This document shows positions 10,144-19,146 of a stretch of DNA of 64,000 nt, piece after piece; within the stretch, counting starts at the first letter, position 1; the number at the start of each line of letters is the position of its first letter. The notes beneath the pieces are model-generated. The model worked only from the letters and a program-made list of their open reading frames with translations. It was not told where the DNA came from and did not search any database. This stretch comes from Thermoplasmatota archaeon (lineage in GTDB: Archaea > Thermoplasmatota > E2 > JACPAO01 > JAHFTW01): NCBI GenBank assembly GCA_041601615.1, contig JBFIHX010000001.1, positions 32,001 to 96,000 on the forward strand. The letters run 5' to 3'. The translations under genes and the position numbers were made by a program.

Positions 10144-10792
10144 GGTGGTTCAAGACCTCAAAAGCCGCAAACAAATCCGCCTCGTCCAACACGAACATGT
10201 TGTCCTTGTGGCAGCTGACCACCTCGACGAAATTGATGCCCTGGCTCGCGAGGCTGCTGGCAATGAATGCCAAAATGCCCGGCACCTCTTCGACCACTTC
10301 GGGTGTCCGCAGGTTCACCTCCACGAGGCCTCCCTGCTCCTTGAGAATGTCTTCCGGCTCCAGCATCGCCTCCAACTCCTTGCTCAATGCCTCGTCGGCA
10401 ATGAGCGTCACCGCCTCCGAGCCATGCAGCAAATGGACCTGGTTGCTCTGGCCTTGCATTTTGGGTAGAGCCTTTTCGAGGCGCGCAAACAGCTTCCACG
10501 ATGGCCGAAGCGTCCACACCGCCACGCGGGTTCGAACCTCCAACTTCGACTTATCCAAGACCCGGCGAATCGCATCCTGGTACCCCGACGAATCCGCCGT
10601 CCCCGAATAGCGCCGACACGCCACCAAAATTGCTTCTTCCTGCTTCAATCCCGTTTCGTCCTGGATGCGTCGACTCAGAGCGCTCAAGTTCACGATGCCC
10701 ATGGACAATGCGTCTCGGACGACGGGGCGCCGGTCAATGTAGGCGCGAACCGTTCCGGCGACACTGGACTTCTGCACAACTGGGCGTGCCAT
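10130..10792 (-). CDS. Archaeal ACT-domain putative transcriptional regulator of amino acid metabolism
   Basis: N-terminal helical HTH-like region (DALSMGIVNLSALSRRI) and C-terminal ACT (VPGILAFIASSLASQGINFVEVVSC); embedded in the arg cluster. Confidence 0.75.
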   Translation of the reverse strand: MARPVVQKSSVAGTVRAYIDRRPVVRDALSMGIVNLSALSRRIQDETGLKQEEAILVACRRYSGTADSSGYQDAIRRVLDKSKLEVRTRVAVWTLRPSWKLFARLEKALPKMQGQSNQVHLLHGSEAVTLIADEALSKELEAMLEPEDILKEQGGLVEVNLRTPEVVEEVPGILAFIASSLASQGINFVEVVSCHKDNMFVLDEADLFAAFEVLNHLIRP

Positions 10793-10822
10793 CGATTTCG
10801 GCAGCAGCTTTTCCCCCTTAAA

Positions 10823-10840
10823 ATGTCGCAAATCGGACAC
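10823..10840. promoter_or_regulatory. Candidate arginine-regulon operator, copy 2 (ATGTCGCAAATCGGACAC)
   Basis: 14/18 identical to 5922-5939; adjacent to TTAAAA in the divergent regulator/argG promoter region. Confidence 0.55.
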
Positions 10841-10905
10841 AAGTGTCCAGGTCCGACCGAGTTCGGCCGATGCCCTTTCGTTCGGCACCTGCTCATGGAC
10901 ATTTC

Positions 10906-12153
10906 GTGCCCAACCACATCGTCCTCGCATACAGCGGCGGTCTCGACACAAGCGTCGCCGTCCACTGGCTCAAGCACCACCACGGAGCCAAAGTCACCGC
11001 CGTACTGATGGATCTTGGCCAACCCATTCCAAGCCTTGAGGACGCACGCCAGCGGGCCCTCTCCAACGGCGCCGAAGACTGCATCATCGTAGACGCCAAA
11101 CAAGAACTCGCAGAACGCTTCCTCGCCCCCGCGATCCACGCCAACGCCCTCTACGAAGGCGCCTACCCCCTGGCCACCGCGCTGGGACGCCCCCTCATCG
11201 CCGAAAAACTGGTCAGCGTCGCACTCGCCCTCGACGCCGACGCCGTCAGCCACGGCTGCACCGGCAAAGGCAACGACCAAGTCCGCATCGAAGCCGCCGT
11301 ACGCGCCCTCGCACCCCACCTGGAAGTGCTCGCCCCGCAACGCACCCACCCCATGACCCGCGACGAAGTGCTACGCTACGCCGCCACCCACGACCTCGCC
11401 CTGCCACCCATCAAAAACAGCCCCTACAGCGTCGACGAAAACCTCTGGGGCCGCAGCGTCGAAGGCCACGACATCGAAGACCCCGCAAGCGCCGTGCCCG
11501 AGGACGCCTACACCTGGACCACCAACCCCCACACCGCCCCCCAGACACCCCAGACCTTCACCCTGACCTTCGAGCACGGCCTGCCCGTCGCCCTCAACGG
11601 CCACGAAATGCCCCTGCACGAACTCATCGCACAACTCAACCCAATCGCAGGAGCCCACGGTGTTGGCCGCATCGACCACGTCGAAAACCGCCTCGTCGGC
11701 ATCAAAACCCGCGAGGTCTACGAAGCCCCCGCCGCCATCGCCATCATGGCCGCCAAGCACTCACTCGAAACCCTCTGCCTCACCCGCGACGAATCCCAAA
11801 TCAAGACCCAACTCGAGCAAAAATTCAGCGAAATGGTCTACGACGGCAAATTCTTCCACCCCGCCATGACCGCCATGCAGGCGTTCTTTGCCCAAGTGCA
11901 CAGCGTCACCAACGGCAGCGTCACCCTCCAGGCCTACAAAGGAAGCCTCACCATCATCAGCCGCAGCAGCAACGACTCCCTCCTGGACCCCGGCCTATCC
12001 ACGTACGCCGACGGCGACCAATTCCACCACCAAAGCAGCACCGGCTTCATCGACATCTGGACCCTCCCCCTCGCGGTGCTCGCCCGCAAACGCGGCGCCC
12101 CCGTCGACATCAAGCCCATCAAGGCCCAAGCCAAACCCCCGGTGAGCAAGTGA
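10906..12153 (+). CDS. argG: Argininosuccinate synthase
   Basis: LAYSGGLDTS, YPLATALGRP, HGCTGKGNDQVR, YSVDENLWG, ENRLVGIKTREVYEAP; GTG start inferred. Confidence 0.97.
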   Translation: MPNHIVLAYSGGLDTSVAVHWLKHHHGAKVTAVLMDLGQPIPSLEDARQRALSNGAEDCIIVDAKQELAERFLAPAIHANALYEGAYPLATALGRPLIAEKLVSVALALDADAVSHGCTGKGNDQVRIEAAVRALAPHLEVLAPQRTHPMTRDEVLRYAATHDLALPPIKNSPYSVDENLWGRSVEGHDIEDPASAVPEDAYTWTTNPHTAPQTPQTFTLTFEHGLPVALNGHEMPLHELIAQLNPIAGAHGVGRIDHVENRLVGIKTREVYEAPAAIAIMAAKHSLETLCLTRDESQIKTQLEQKFSEMVYDGKFFHPAMTAMQAFFAQVHSVTNGSVTLQAYKGSLTIISRSSNDSLLDPGLSTYADGDQFHHQSSTGFIDIWTLPLAVLARKRGAPVDIKPIKAQAKPPVSK

Positions 12154-13616
12154 GCACCCCCGTCTGGAGCGCCCGCACCGGCACCAACCACATCTCCGGC
12201 ATCAGCGGCGGCGCCTTCTCCGCGTACGGCGAAAGCACCACCGAAGACGCAGGATTCGTCAGCGTCGACGCCCAAGGCAGCATCGCCCACGTCATGGGCC
12301 TCCACCACGCAGGCCTCCTCGACGCAAGCGACGCCGCCGCCCTCATCCAAGGCCTCCAAGAACTCGCCCAAGGCCACGCCAACGGCGCCTGGAGCCTCGA
12401 CCCCGCCCTCGAAGACGTCCACATGAACCTCGAAGCGGCCCTCACCGAAGCCCTCGGAGAAACCGGCAAACGCCTCCACACAGGCCGCAGCCGCAACGAC
12501 CAGGTCGCCACCTGCCTCGTCCTGCACGCCCGCGCCGGACTCGCAACCCTCGCCGGACTCGCCCACCAAGTCTCCAGCGCCCTCCTGGACCTCGCCGCCG
12601 CCCACATCGAGACTCCATGGGTCGCCCGCACCCACGCACAACCCGCACAACCCGCCACCCTAGGCTTCCTGCTGCACGCCCACGCCACGCGCTTCTCAGA
12701 CCTAGCAGCAACGGCACTCCAATCATTCGAAGCCATCAACGAGAGCCCCCTCGGTTGCGGCGCCGTCGCCGGCAGCACCCTGCCCCTGGACCCCGCCTTT
12801 ACTGCCGGCCTCATGGGCCTCAAACCCCCCCGCAACGCCATCCTCGCAACCGGCAGCCGCCCCACCGTCGTCGCAGCCACCAACACCGCAGCCGCCGTCG
12901 GACTCGCCACCGCAAGCCTCGCCCAGGACCTCATGGACCTCTTTGGCCAGAAATTCCTCCTGCTTGCCCCCGGACACACCACCGGCAGCAGCCTCATGCC
13001 CCAGAAGCGCAACCCCGACGCACTAGAACTCCTGCGCGGCACCGGCAAAGCCCTCACGCAAGCCCCCGCACAAGCCATGGGCCTCATCGCCGGACTCGGA
13101 CTCGGCTACCAACGCGACCTGCAAGCCACCAAACCCCTACAAGCCCAAGCACTCACCAGCGCCACCGAGACCCTCACCGTCCTCTTGGAAGTCGTAAACG
13201 GCGCCCACTTCGACGTAGACCGCCTCACCACAAGCCTCGACGCCCCCGGCATCACCGCCACCGACATGGCCGAAGCACTCGTGGCCCACGGCAAACCATT
13301 CCGCGACGCCTACAACGCACTCGCCCAAACCTTCCTCTCCGTCGAACACGGCGTGCCCCTCGCCAACGCGCTGGCCCAATCAGGCCTGGCGCCGGCAGAA
13401 GTCCAAATCGCCCTCGAAGCCGCAACCCCAGACCCCGCCCGCCGCACCACCCTCGCAGGCCCAGCTCCCGTGCGCGTCCAAGAAGCAATCGCCGGACTGC
13501 AAAACGTCCTCGCCGTCCAAGCCGCACCCCTCGCCGTCGCCCTCGACGCCGTCACCATCCCCGAGAGCCTGCTCCTGGCACCGCCCAACACCCTTCTTGG
13601 ACCGGTGGTCGCTTGA
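12150..13616 (+). CDS. argH: Argininosuccinate lyase
   Basis: EDVHMNLE, LHTGRSRNDQV, THAQPAQP, TGSSLMPQKRNPD. Confidence 0.95.
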   Translation: MSTPVWSARTGTNHISGISGGAFSAYGESTTEDAGFVSVDAQGSIAHVMGLHHAGLLDASDAAALIQGLQELAQGHANGAWSLDPALEDVHMNLEAALTEALGETGKRLHTGRSRNDQVATCLVLHARAGLATLAGLAHQVSSALLDLAAAHIETPWVARTHAQPAQPATLGFLLHAHATRFSDLAATALQSFEAINESPLGCGAVAGSTLPLDPAFTAGLMGLKPPRNAILATGSRPTVVAATNTAAAVGLATASLAQDLMDLFGQKFLLLAPGHTTGSSLMPQKRNPDALELLRGTGKALTQAPAQAMGLIAGLGLGYQRDLQATKPLQAQALTSATETLTVLLEVVNGAHFDVDRLTTSLDAPGITATDMAEALVAHGKPFRDAYNALAQTFLSVEHGVPLANALAQSGLAPAEVQIALEAATPDPARRTTLAGPAPVRVQEAIAGLQNVLAVQAAPLAVALDAVTIPESLLLAPPNTLLGPVVA

Positions 13617-14578
13617 CCCTCTCGCGCCGCACCGCCGCCGGGCTCCAAACCCTCCCACCCCGGCCCCAACACGTCCTCGGCATGGGAGACCTCGAAGGCC
13701 ACGTCCACGCCATCCTCGAAACCGCCCACAAACTCAAAGCCCAATCCGCCGCCGGAAACCTCCCCAAACTCCTGGCAGGCAAAACCGTGCTCGTCATCTT
13801 TGAACGCAACAGCACCCGCACCCGTGTCAGCTTCGAAGTGGGCATCCAAAAACTCGGAGGCATCGTCAGCATCCTCGACGCCGCCACCAGCCAACTTGGC
13901 CGCGGCGAAAGCATCGAAGACACAGCCCAAGTGCTAAGCCGCTACGCCGACGCTATCGTCTACCGCGCAAGCAGCCACGACAACGCCACCGAAATGGCAC
14001 GCCACGCCACCATCCCCGTCGTCAGCGCACTCACCGACCTCGAACACCCCTGCCAAATCCTCGCCGACTGGATGACCCTCGAAGAACACCTCGGCCCCCT
14101 ATCGGGCAAGACGTTCACCTACATCGGCGACGGCAACAACATGTGCCACAGCTACCTCCTCGGCGCCCCCCTCGTCGGCATGGATGTGCGCATCGCCTGC
14201 CCCGCCGGCTACGGACCCAAATGGAGCGTCGTCGAACAAGCCGAAGCCCTCGCCACCCGCGCCGGCACCGACGTCCTGCTGACCCAAGACCCCACGGAAG
14301 CCGTCCAAGGCAGCCACGCCATCGCCACCGACACCTGGATCAGCATGGGCAACGAAGCCGAAGAAAAACAACGCCTCGCCGACTTTGCAGGCTTCTGCGT
14401 CGACGACGCACTCATGGAGCAAGCAGCGCCCGGCAGCAAGTTCCTGCACTGCCTCCCCGGCCACTGGGGCCACGAAGCCACCCACGAACTCGCCCACGGC
14501 CCCCGCAGCGTCATCTACGACCAAGCCGAAAATCGCATGTGGGCACAAATGGCGCTGCTGGTGCACCTGCTAGGCTAG
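13613..14578 (+). CDS. argF: Ornithine carbamoyltransferase
   Basis: FERNSTRTRVSF, HPCQILAD, GDGNN, DTWISMG, FLHCLP, QAENR; TTG start overlapping argH stop inferred. Confidence 0.95.
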   Translation: MTLSRRTAAGLQTLPPRPQHVLGMGDLEGHVHAILETAHKLKAQSAAGNLPKLLAGKTVLVIFERNSTRTRVSFEVGIQKLGGIVSILDAATSQLGRGESIEDTAQVLSRYADAIVYRASSHDNATEMARHATIPVVSALTDLEHPCQILADWMTLEEHLGPLSGKTFTYIGDGNNMCHSYLLGAPLVGMDVRIACPAGYGPKWSVVEQAEALATRAGTDVLLTQDPTEAVQGSHAIATDTWISMGNEAEEKQRLADFAGFCVDDALMEQAAPGSKFLHCLPGHWGHEATHELAHGPRSVIYDQAENRMWAQMALLVHLLG

Positions 14579-15294
14579 ACGCGCCTGGCCTCAGGCAGGG
14601 CCGGCATGACGATCAGGTCCTGCTCGAAGCTGTCGGCGGAGGGCGCGGCCAGCACGTGCCAACACACAATCGAAGCCACGGCCCCGATCAGGACAAGAGG
14701 CAACGAGAACCGATACAGCATGCTCTCTATGGCACTGCCGTGGGGTCGAACGAATTCCATCAGGAATGCCGACGCCAGCATAACGGCACCTGCGGCCGTG
14801 ACCCGACCATAGATGAGAGCGGCTTGGGCCCAGCGACGCTTTCTGGCTTCGGTGAAGAACGCCGGAGCCAAGATCGTGGTCCCTTCGTCCGTGACCCAAC
14901 CATAGAAGCGAGCTGCTTGGGTCCAGCGATGCTGTCCACGCCGAGCATGGCCTTCACCGATCGCTGCGAACATCGTGCCCAGGCTGAGCGCGGCAAGGAT
15001 CGAGGCGACGCCCATCCACGTCATATCACCCCCCAAGACAATCCAGAACCCTAGGCCGACGAGGGCCGCAAAGGCCGGAGCAGCAAACCCTCCGACGAGA
15101 AACGCGATGCTTTGTTTGGAGGCACGCCAAGCCCCGATGGCCACCAGGACCGTGCCCACTCCAAGGGGAACCAAGGCCAAGACGAATGCAAGTGGGGAAA
15201 GAATCATCAGTGTGGCGCCCCAAGCGATGCGGCGCAATCCCGATCCCATGCCGGGCGAAACCTTGTAGGGTTCATAATCGACACCAAGGCCCAA
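14575..15294 (-). CDS. Hypothetical membrane protein with internal 31-aa duplication
   Basis: Several hydrophobic segments; RWTQAARFYGWVT / RWAQAALIYGRVT repeat 93 bp apart. Confidence 0.6.
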   Translation of the reverse strand: MGLGVDYEPYKVSPGMGSGLRRIAWGATLMILSPLAFVLALVPLGVGTVLVAIGAWRASKQSIAFLVGGFAAPAFAALVGLGFWIVLGGDMTWMGVASILAALSLGTMFAAIGEGHARRGQHRWTQAARFYGWVTDEGTTILAPAFFTEARKRRWAQAALIYGRVTAAGAVMLASAFLMEFVRPHGSAIESMLYRFSLPLVLIGAVASIVCWHVLAAPSADSFEQDLIVMPALPEARRV

Positions 15295-15348
15295 GGGGGA
15301 CGGACGTGCCTGGCAACACTCTTAGCACGCCGCAACGTCGTCCGCGTC

Positions 15349-15969
15349 GTGGAGGTGCGTGACCTGGGTGTCATGGACTACGGGTCGTGCTTGGAGCTCC
15401 AGCGGCACCTCTTGGCCCAAGTCCAAGCAGGCACCGCCCCCGACACCATCCTCGTCGTCGAACACCCGTTCGTTGCTACCCTAGGCCGCCGCGGCGAGCC
15501 CAGCGATGTGTTCGATCCAAGCTTGCCCGTGTACACCATCGAGCGCGGCGGCAAAGCGACCCTCCACGGCCCCGGCCAACTTGTCATCTACCCCATCGTG
15601 CACCTTGGGGAAGGCAACCGCGACGTGCGCGCCTGGGTGCGACACCTGGAAGGGTTCCTGCATGCAATGCTTGGTGAATTTGGCATCCAAACGCACACCC
15701 GCGAGGACCTGCCGGGAGTCTGGACCGATGCGAGCCAAAAGAAAATCGCCAGCATCGGCATCGCCGTGCAGCGCTGGGTCAGCTTCCACGGAATCGCCGT
15801 GAATGTGACGCTGGCGCCCAAGGAGTTTGAGCGGTTGGATCCTTGTGGGTTAGGGGCGGCGGTGATGACCAATATGGAGCTGGAAGGAGCAGGGGTCGGG
15901 ATGGAGGCCGTGAAGAACTGGGTGCTGGAGCAAGCCGAGGAGCACTTTGAAGGGTTTGCAAAGACGTGA
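15349..15969 (+). CDS. lipB: Lipoyl(octanoyl) transferase
   Basis: VEHPFVATLGR, RGGKATLHGPGQLVIYPI, KIASIGIAV, HGIAVNV, PCG; start inferred. Confidence 0.93.
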   Translation: MEVRDLGVMDYGSCLELQRHLLAQVQAGTAPDTILVVEHPFVATLGRRGEPSDVFDPSLPVYTIERGGKATLHGPGQLVIYPIVHLGEGNRDVRAWVRHLEGFLHAMLGEFGIQTHTREDLPGVWTDASQKKIASIGIAVQRWVSFHGIAVNVTLAPKEFERLDPCGLGAAVMTNMELEGAGVGMEAVKNWVLEQAEEHFEGFAKT

Positions 15970-16095
15970 ACCATTTTCGTTGAAGCGCGAAATCGCGATT
16001 GATTGCGACTACGGCACAAAGACGAGAGGGTTCCTACAGCCCCATGGCGAACGGGCCCCGGAATGAGGGGTGGCATACCGCTCAGAGCCTCAGAA

Positions 16096-16878
16096 CTACG
16101 CCACAAGCGTCACAGGCATCCCCGGCGCGCTGTGCGTCGACAAGCCGGGCCCAGGGGGCTGTAGGAAGCCAGAAACCTCTGCCGTCCCCGCCCCAAACTG
16201 CCAATGCGTATGCTCGCTGATGTGCAGATCCAACCTACCCACCACCTCGCGGTCCTCAACCACGAACAGCGGCAACATCTCCTGTGGCGTCGCGGCGGCC
16301 AAGCGGGGGGAAGTGCCCTCCACGGTTACACTGAAGCCCAGTGCCTGCGCGGACATCGAGGACGACATTGTCGCGGCCGTGCCCACGAGAATCGGCTCCT
16401 GGACCACGTCTCCTGCCAGAAACGGGATGCCTGCCAACGCAAACCACTGCTCCAACAAGGCCCCCTTGACTACGGGAGCGCCGGCAACTGCGTGGTACGT
16501 GGCATTTGCAACCCGTTCATCCTGGGGCGGAACGGCAGGAAACCAGGGCACCAAGAACGAGACCTGTGGTTCCTCGCAAAAGAACGCCACAAACAAGAGC
16601 GTCGCCGACGCCCCCGTAGGGTCTGCATCAGCATAAACATCGGGCGGCAGAGGAGGCATCAGCCCAAAACCATCCGGGACGTAGGGTGCGGCTTGGGCCG
16701 CCGTCACCGGAAAAATCCCAATTTGCTCGCGGCAATCCGACAACATCAGCGGCTCCAGCGGGGCAGGCGTAGGTGCGCCAGGCTCTGTATCCATGCCACC
16801 CACGTCGCTAGAAGGAGACAAGCATCCGGCTAGCAGCGGCGGGAGCAACAAGGCGAGGACGACCCATCGAGTGGCCAT
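16096..16878 (-). CDS. Hypothetical secreted lipoprotein
   Basis: Signal peptide with lipobox LLAGC followed by a Pro-rich linker. Confidence 0.7.
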   Translation of the reverse strand: MATRWVVLALLLPPLLAGCLSPSSDVGGMDTEPGAPTPAPLEPLMLSDCREQIGIFPVTAAQAAPYVPDGFGLMPPLPPDVYADADPTGASATLLFVAFFCEEPQVSFLVPWFPAVPPQDERVANATYHAVAGAPVVKGALLEQWFALAGIPFLAGDVVQEPILVGTAATMSSSMSAQALGFSVTVEGTSPRLAAATPQEMLPLFVVEDREVVGRLDLHISEHTHWQFGAGTAEVSGFLQPPGPGLSTHSAPGMPVTLVA

Positions 16879-16947
16879 GAGCAACCCCGATGGTTGGGCG
16901 GGCATGATGAGCCTATCCTCTCTGGGGTGCCGGGCAAAGGAATCGGT

Positions 16948-17373
16948 TCATTCCTCCTGCCGAGGCCACTGTCAGGCGTTTCGGATGATCAGCATGAGAA
17001 GCACGACCTCCACCCCAGCACCATACCAATAGGGAAGCGGCCACTCCTCTCCAATCACGTTTACAAGCGAATACGGGACATACAGCGCGGCCACAACGAG
17101 GTTTGCCCAGCGATTGATGTTCGCCGGCATGACCACAGAGAGAAAAATCATCAAGGCCGGAATTGACACGGTTACGAGCCCCGCTAACACAAATCCTTGG
17201 GTGATTTCAAAAACGAATACTCTGCCATCCATCAGGTCTTCGAGCACGCCTGGCATATAGAGATGGAAATAGTCAACATGGATGTACAGAAGCATAAATG
17301 ACGCTCAAGCGGCCGCCAACTTTTGCTTCACATTGACCTTGACATCCTCTAACGCCGCTTGGCGGACTTTCAT
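16948..17373 (-). pseudogene. DUF6326-family membrane protein interrupted by two in-frame TGA codons
   Basis: Reads MKVRQAALEDVKVNVKQKLAAA*ASFMLLYIHVDYFHLYMPG...IIRNA*QWPRQEE*; TGA at 17305-17307 and 16972-16974; TTTATA box ~25 nt upstream. Confidence 0.75.
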
Positions 17374-17644
17374 GACTTGTGCCCTGCAGCTTGAAAGTAT
17401 AAACCTGGCGCCAAAGGTCAACCGCCGGCCGAAAGGCAGCGCAGACAAGTGCCTAATTCGGAGGCCGTGGTCATCGTGTCGGATTTCTGTTGGGGGCTTG
17501 GTTTCGTCCGATGAACTGTGTGCGGCGGGCTGCGTGGGTAGCAAGGAGTGGTTTGGGTGGATTGTTATCCTGAGGACGGCCTGCAAATGTGCGTCTCCGA
17601 AGCGCGACTATTCGCCCCCCCCCGGTACAGGTCGGAAGTGTCAT

Positions 17645-17917
17645 TTCCTCCACGGGTAAGATCCAGAAGGTGTCTTTGTTCATACGGAAGATGCTGTGGT
17701 CTACCAGAAAATAGTCGCCAGGAACTTCCTCTTCAATCGCAACGATGGGCGGCCTGCCGCCGGGAATGGGGGTGGTTTGGACGTTCTCATGCGACGTGCT
17801 CTCCAGGCCCCCTTACTTCCAAACACGGTCGAAGATTTCCCCATTGATGTTGAAGCTACTGAAGAGATTGGGACCGCCGTTTCCGACGAAGATGCGCACG
17901 GTGTCGCCGACCTCCGC
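17645..17917 (-). pseudogene. nirK: C-terminal fragment of copper-containing nitrite reductase (NirK/AniA type)
   Basis: Translates [36 protein letters not shown]...ENVQTTPIPGG...VPGDYFLVDHSIFR; in-frame TAA at 17813-17815; N-terminal part absent. Confidence 0.85.
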
Positions 17918-17964
17918 TCGCCCCCCTCCGGCATGGTTATCGATTGCGTGGGGACTCCTCCTGC

Positions 17965-18441
17965 GTGAAGCGGCACCCGGCGTTTCAAGACCTCAGCCGC
18001 GACCACTTCACGGCGCTCCTGGCTTGCCTAAACGTCCGACGCGCCACCGAGGGACATCCATCCGCTCCAACACCAGAGGCGGCAATCGCTCAGTTCGGGC
18101 AACTTTGGCGCAATGAACTAACACATCATTTCGACGAAGAAGACGCCAACATTCAACCCGTCCTAGCTGCGAAAAAAGCCCACACCCAACTGGCTACACT
18201 ACGCCTTGATCACAAGGAGATTCGGGCCGCCATGGAAGCGCTCCACGCCAAAGATCCGGCCCCCACTTGGGCTGTAGCTGCAGAACGCCTACGCGCCCAC
18301 ATCCGGTGGGAAGAAGACGTACTATTCCCTTGGATGCAGGACCACCTCACCGATGAGGAATTGGAACGCATGTTGGCAGCCAGCATCGCCTTTCGCACCA
18401 AAGTTCGAGGGCCAGATTCGGTGAAACCACCAAGGCCCTAG
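17965..18441 (+). CDS. Hemerythrin/HHE cation-binding domain protein
   Basis: [35 protein letters not shown]. Confidence 0.85.
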   Translation: MKRHPAFQDLSRDHFTALLACLNVRRATEGHPSAPTPEAAIAQFGQLWRNELTHHFDEEDANIQPVLAAKKAHTQLATLRLDHKEIRAAMEALHAKDPAPTWAVAAERLRAHIRWEEDVLFPWMQDHLTDEELERMLAASIAFRTKVRGPDSVKPPRP

Positions 18442-18523
18442 TCCAAGGGATACGATTCGAGCTCCTAGAACCGCTAGGGCTCTGGCGTGGTGGACGGGCA
18501 ACTCTGGACGGTGGCAGGATCCT

Positions 18524-18580
18524 GGTTGAACTGACCCGCCGTGAGCGGGGCGAGTGGTCGCGTTGAGCGATTTGTTGGGC
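18524..18580 (-). mobile_element. Degenerate attC site (R'' and L boxes present, R' lost)
   Basis: Minus strand GCCCAACAAATCGCTCAACGCGAC...CGGGTCAGTTCAACC, homologous to the two intact attC sites but followed by AGGATCC instead of GTTRRRY. Confidence 0.7.
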
Positions 18581-18691
18581 GAAATTCGATGATTCATTGA
18601 ATCCACATGGGCCGTCGCGCGACAGAGGTGTCTGGCCTGAGGCAAGCAAGAAAACACACTCTGTCTTTGGCCTATGTCGAGTGGCGGGGCA

Positions 18692-19078
18692 CTATGTCAT
18701 CAGTGTCAGTTGGCTTCTTCGGATTTCGCGCATCCTCAACAATGTCTCTCGGAGTTCAACCACGCGCGCCGCGTCGCCACCGATGATGAGTACGTCCATG
18801 CAGGTCTCCGGTTCGCAATGCGTGTGCATCAAGCTCAGGACCACGTCATGGAAAGCATGGCGCACGTCTGAGATTTTGAAACTATGTTCGTGCGCGTAGG
18901 TCATTGTGATCGACCCATGCACGTGGCCCTCGGTGGCGCTGTGTTGGCGTTGCAGCAATTCTCGAATGGCGGCCCGCATGAATTCGCTGCGTCCCTGGTA
19001 ACGTCCCTGGTCGATGGCGGCGTCCATTTCGGCGGCCAGTTCGCTCGGGATGCTCATGCTGACAATGCCCATGTTCAT
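18692..19078 (-). CDS. nikR: NikR-family RHH metal-responsive regulator
   Basis: IVSMSIP..L...RSEFMRAAIRE ribbon-helix-helix; HAFHD..SLMHTHC...CMDV metal-binding domain. Confidence 0.88.
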   Translation of the reverse strand: MNMGIVSMSIPSELAAEMDAAIDQGRYQGRSEFMRAAIRELLQRQHSATEGHVHGSITMTYAHEHSFKISDVRHAFHDVVLSLMHTHCEPETCMDVLIIGGDAARVVELRETLLRMREIRRSQLTLMT

Positions 19079-19125
19079 ACGCGAAAACAGCCAATGTTAT
19101 TAACAAATCGCAAAAGGCTATGAAC
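19073..19125. promoter_or_regulatory. Dyad-symmetric operator/promoter region between nikR and the metal ABC operon
   Basis: TGTTATTAACA (19095-19105) flanked by GTTCATA (19073-19079) / TATGAAC (19119-19125). Confidence 0.45.
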
Positions 19126-19146
19126 CAATTGGGGTGGCCACCGCGC

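Noticed and set aside
12617-13612. Long N-terminal extension of ArgF (653-aa ORF) and similar long Arg/Pro-rich ORFs elsewhere
   Set aside because: These are shadow frames overlapping real genes (argH, aquaporin, PolB2 etc.), caused by high GC and stop-codon scarcity.
16096-17373. Single readthrough fusion of the DUF6326 gene with the downstream lipoprotein (same frame)
   Set aside because: Needs three TGA readthroughs; the lipoprotein has its own signal peptide; same-frame coincidence has a 1 in 3 chance.
17347-17500. Further attC sites (CTCTAAC at 17347, GTTGGGG at 17489)
   Set aside because: No L boxes or hairpin symmetry; the first lies within the DUF6326 coding sequence.
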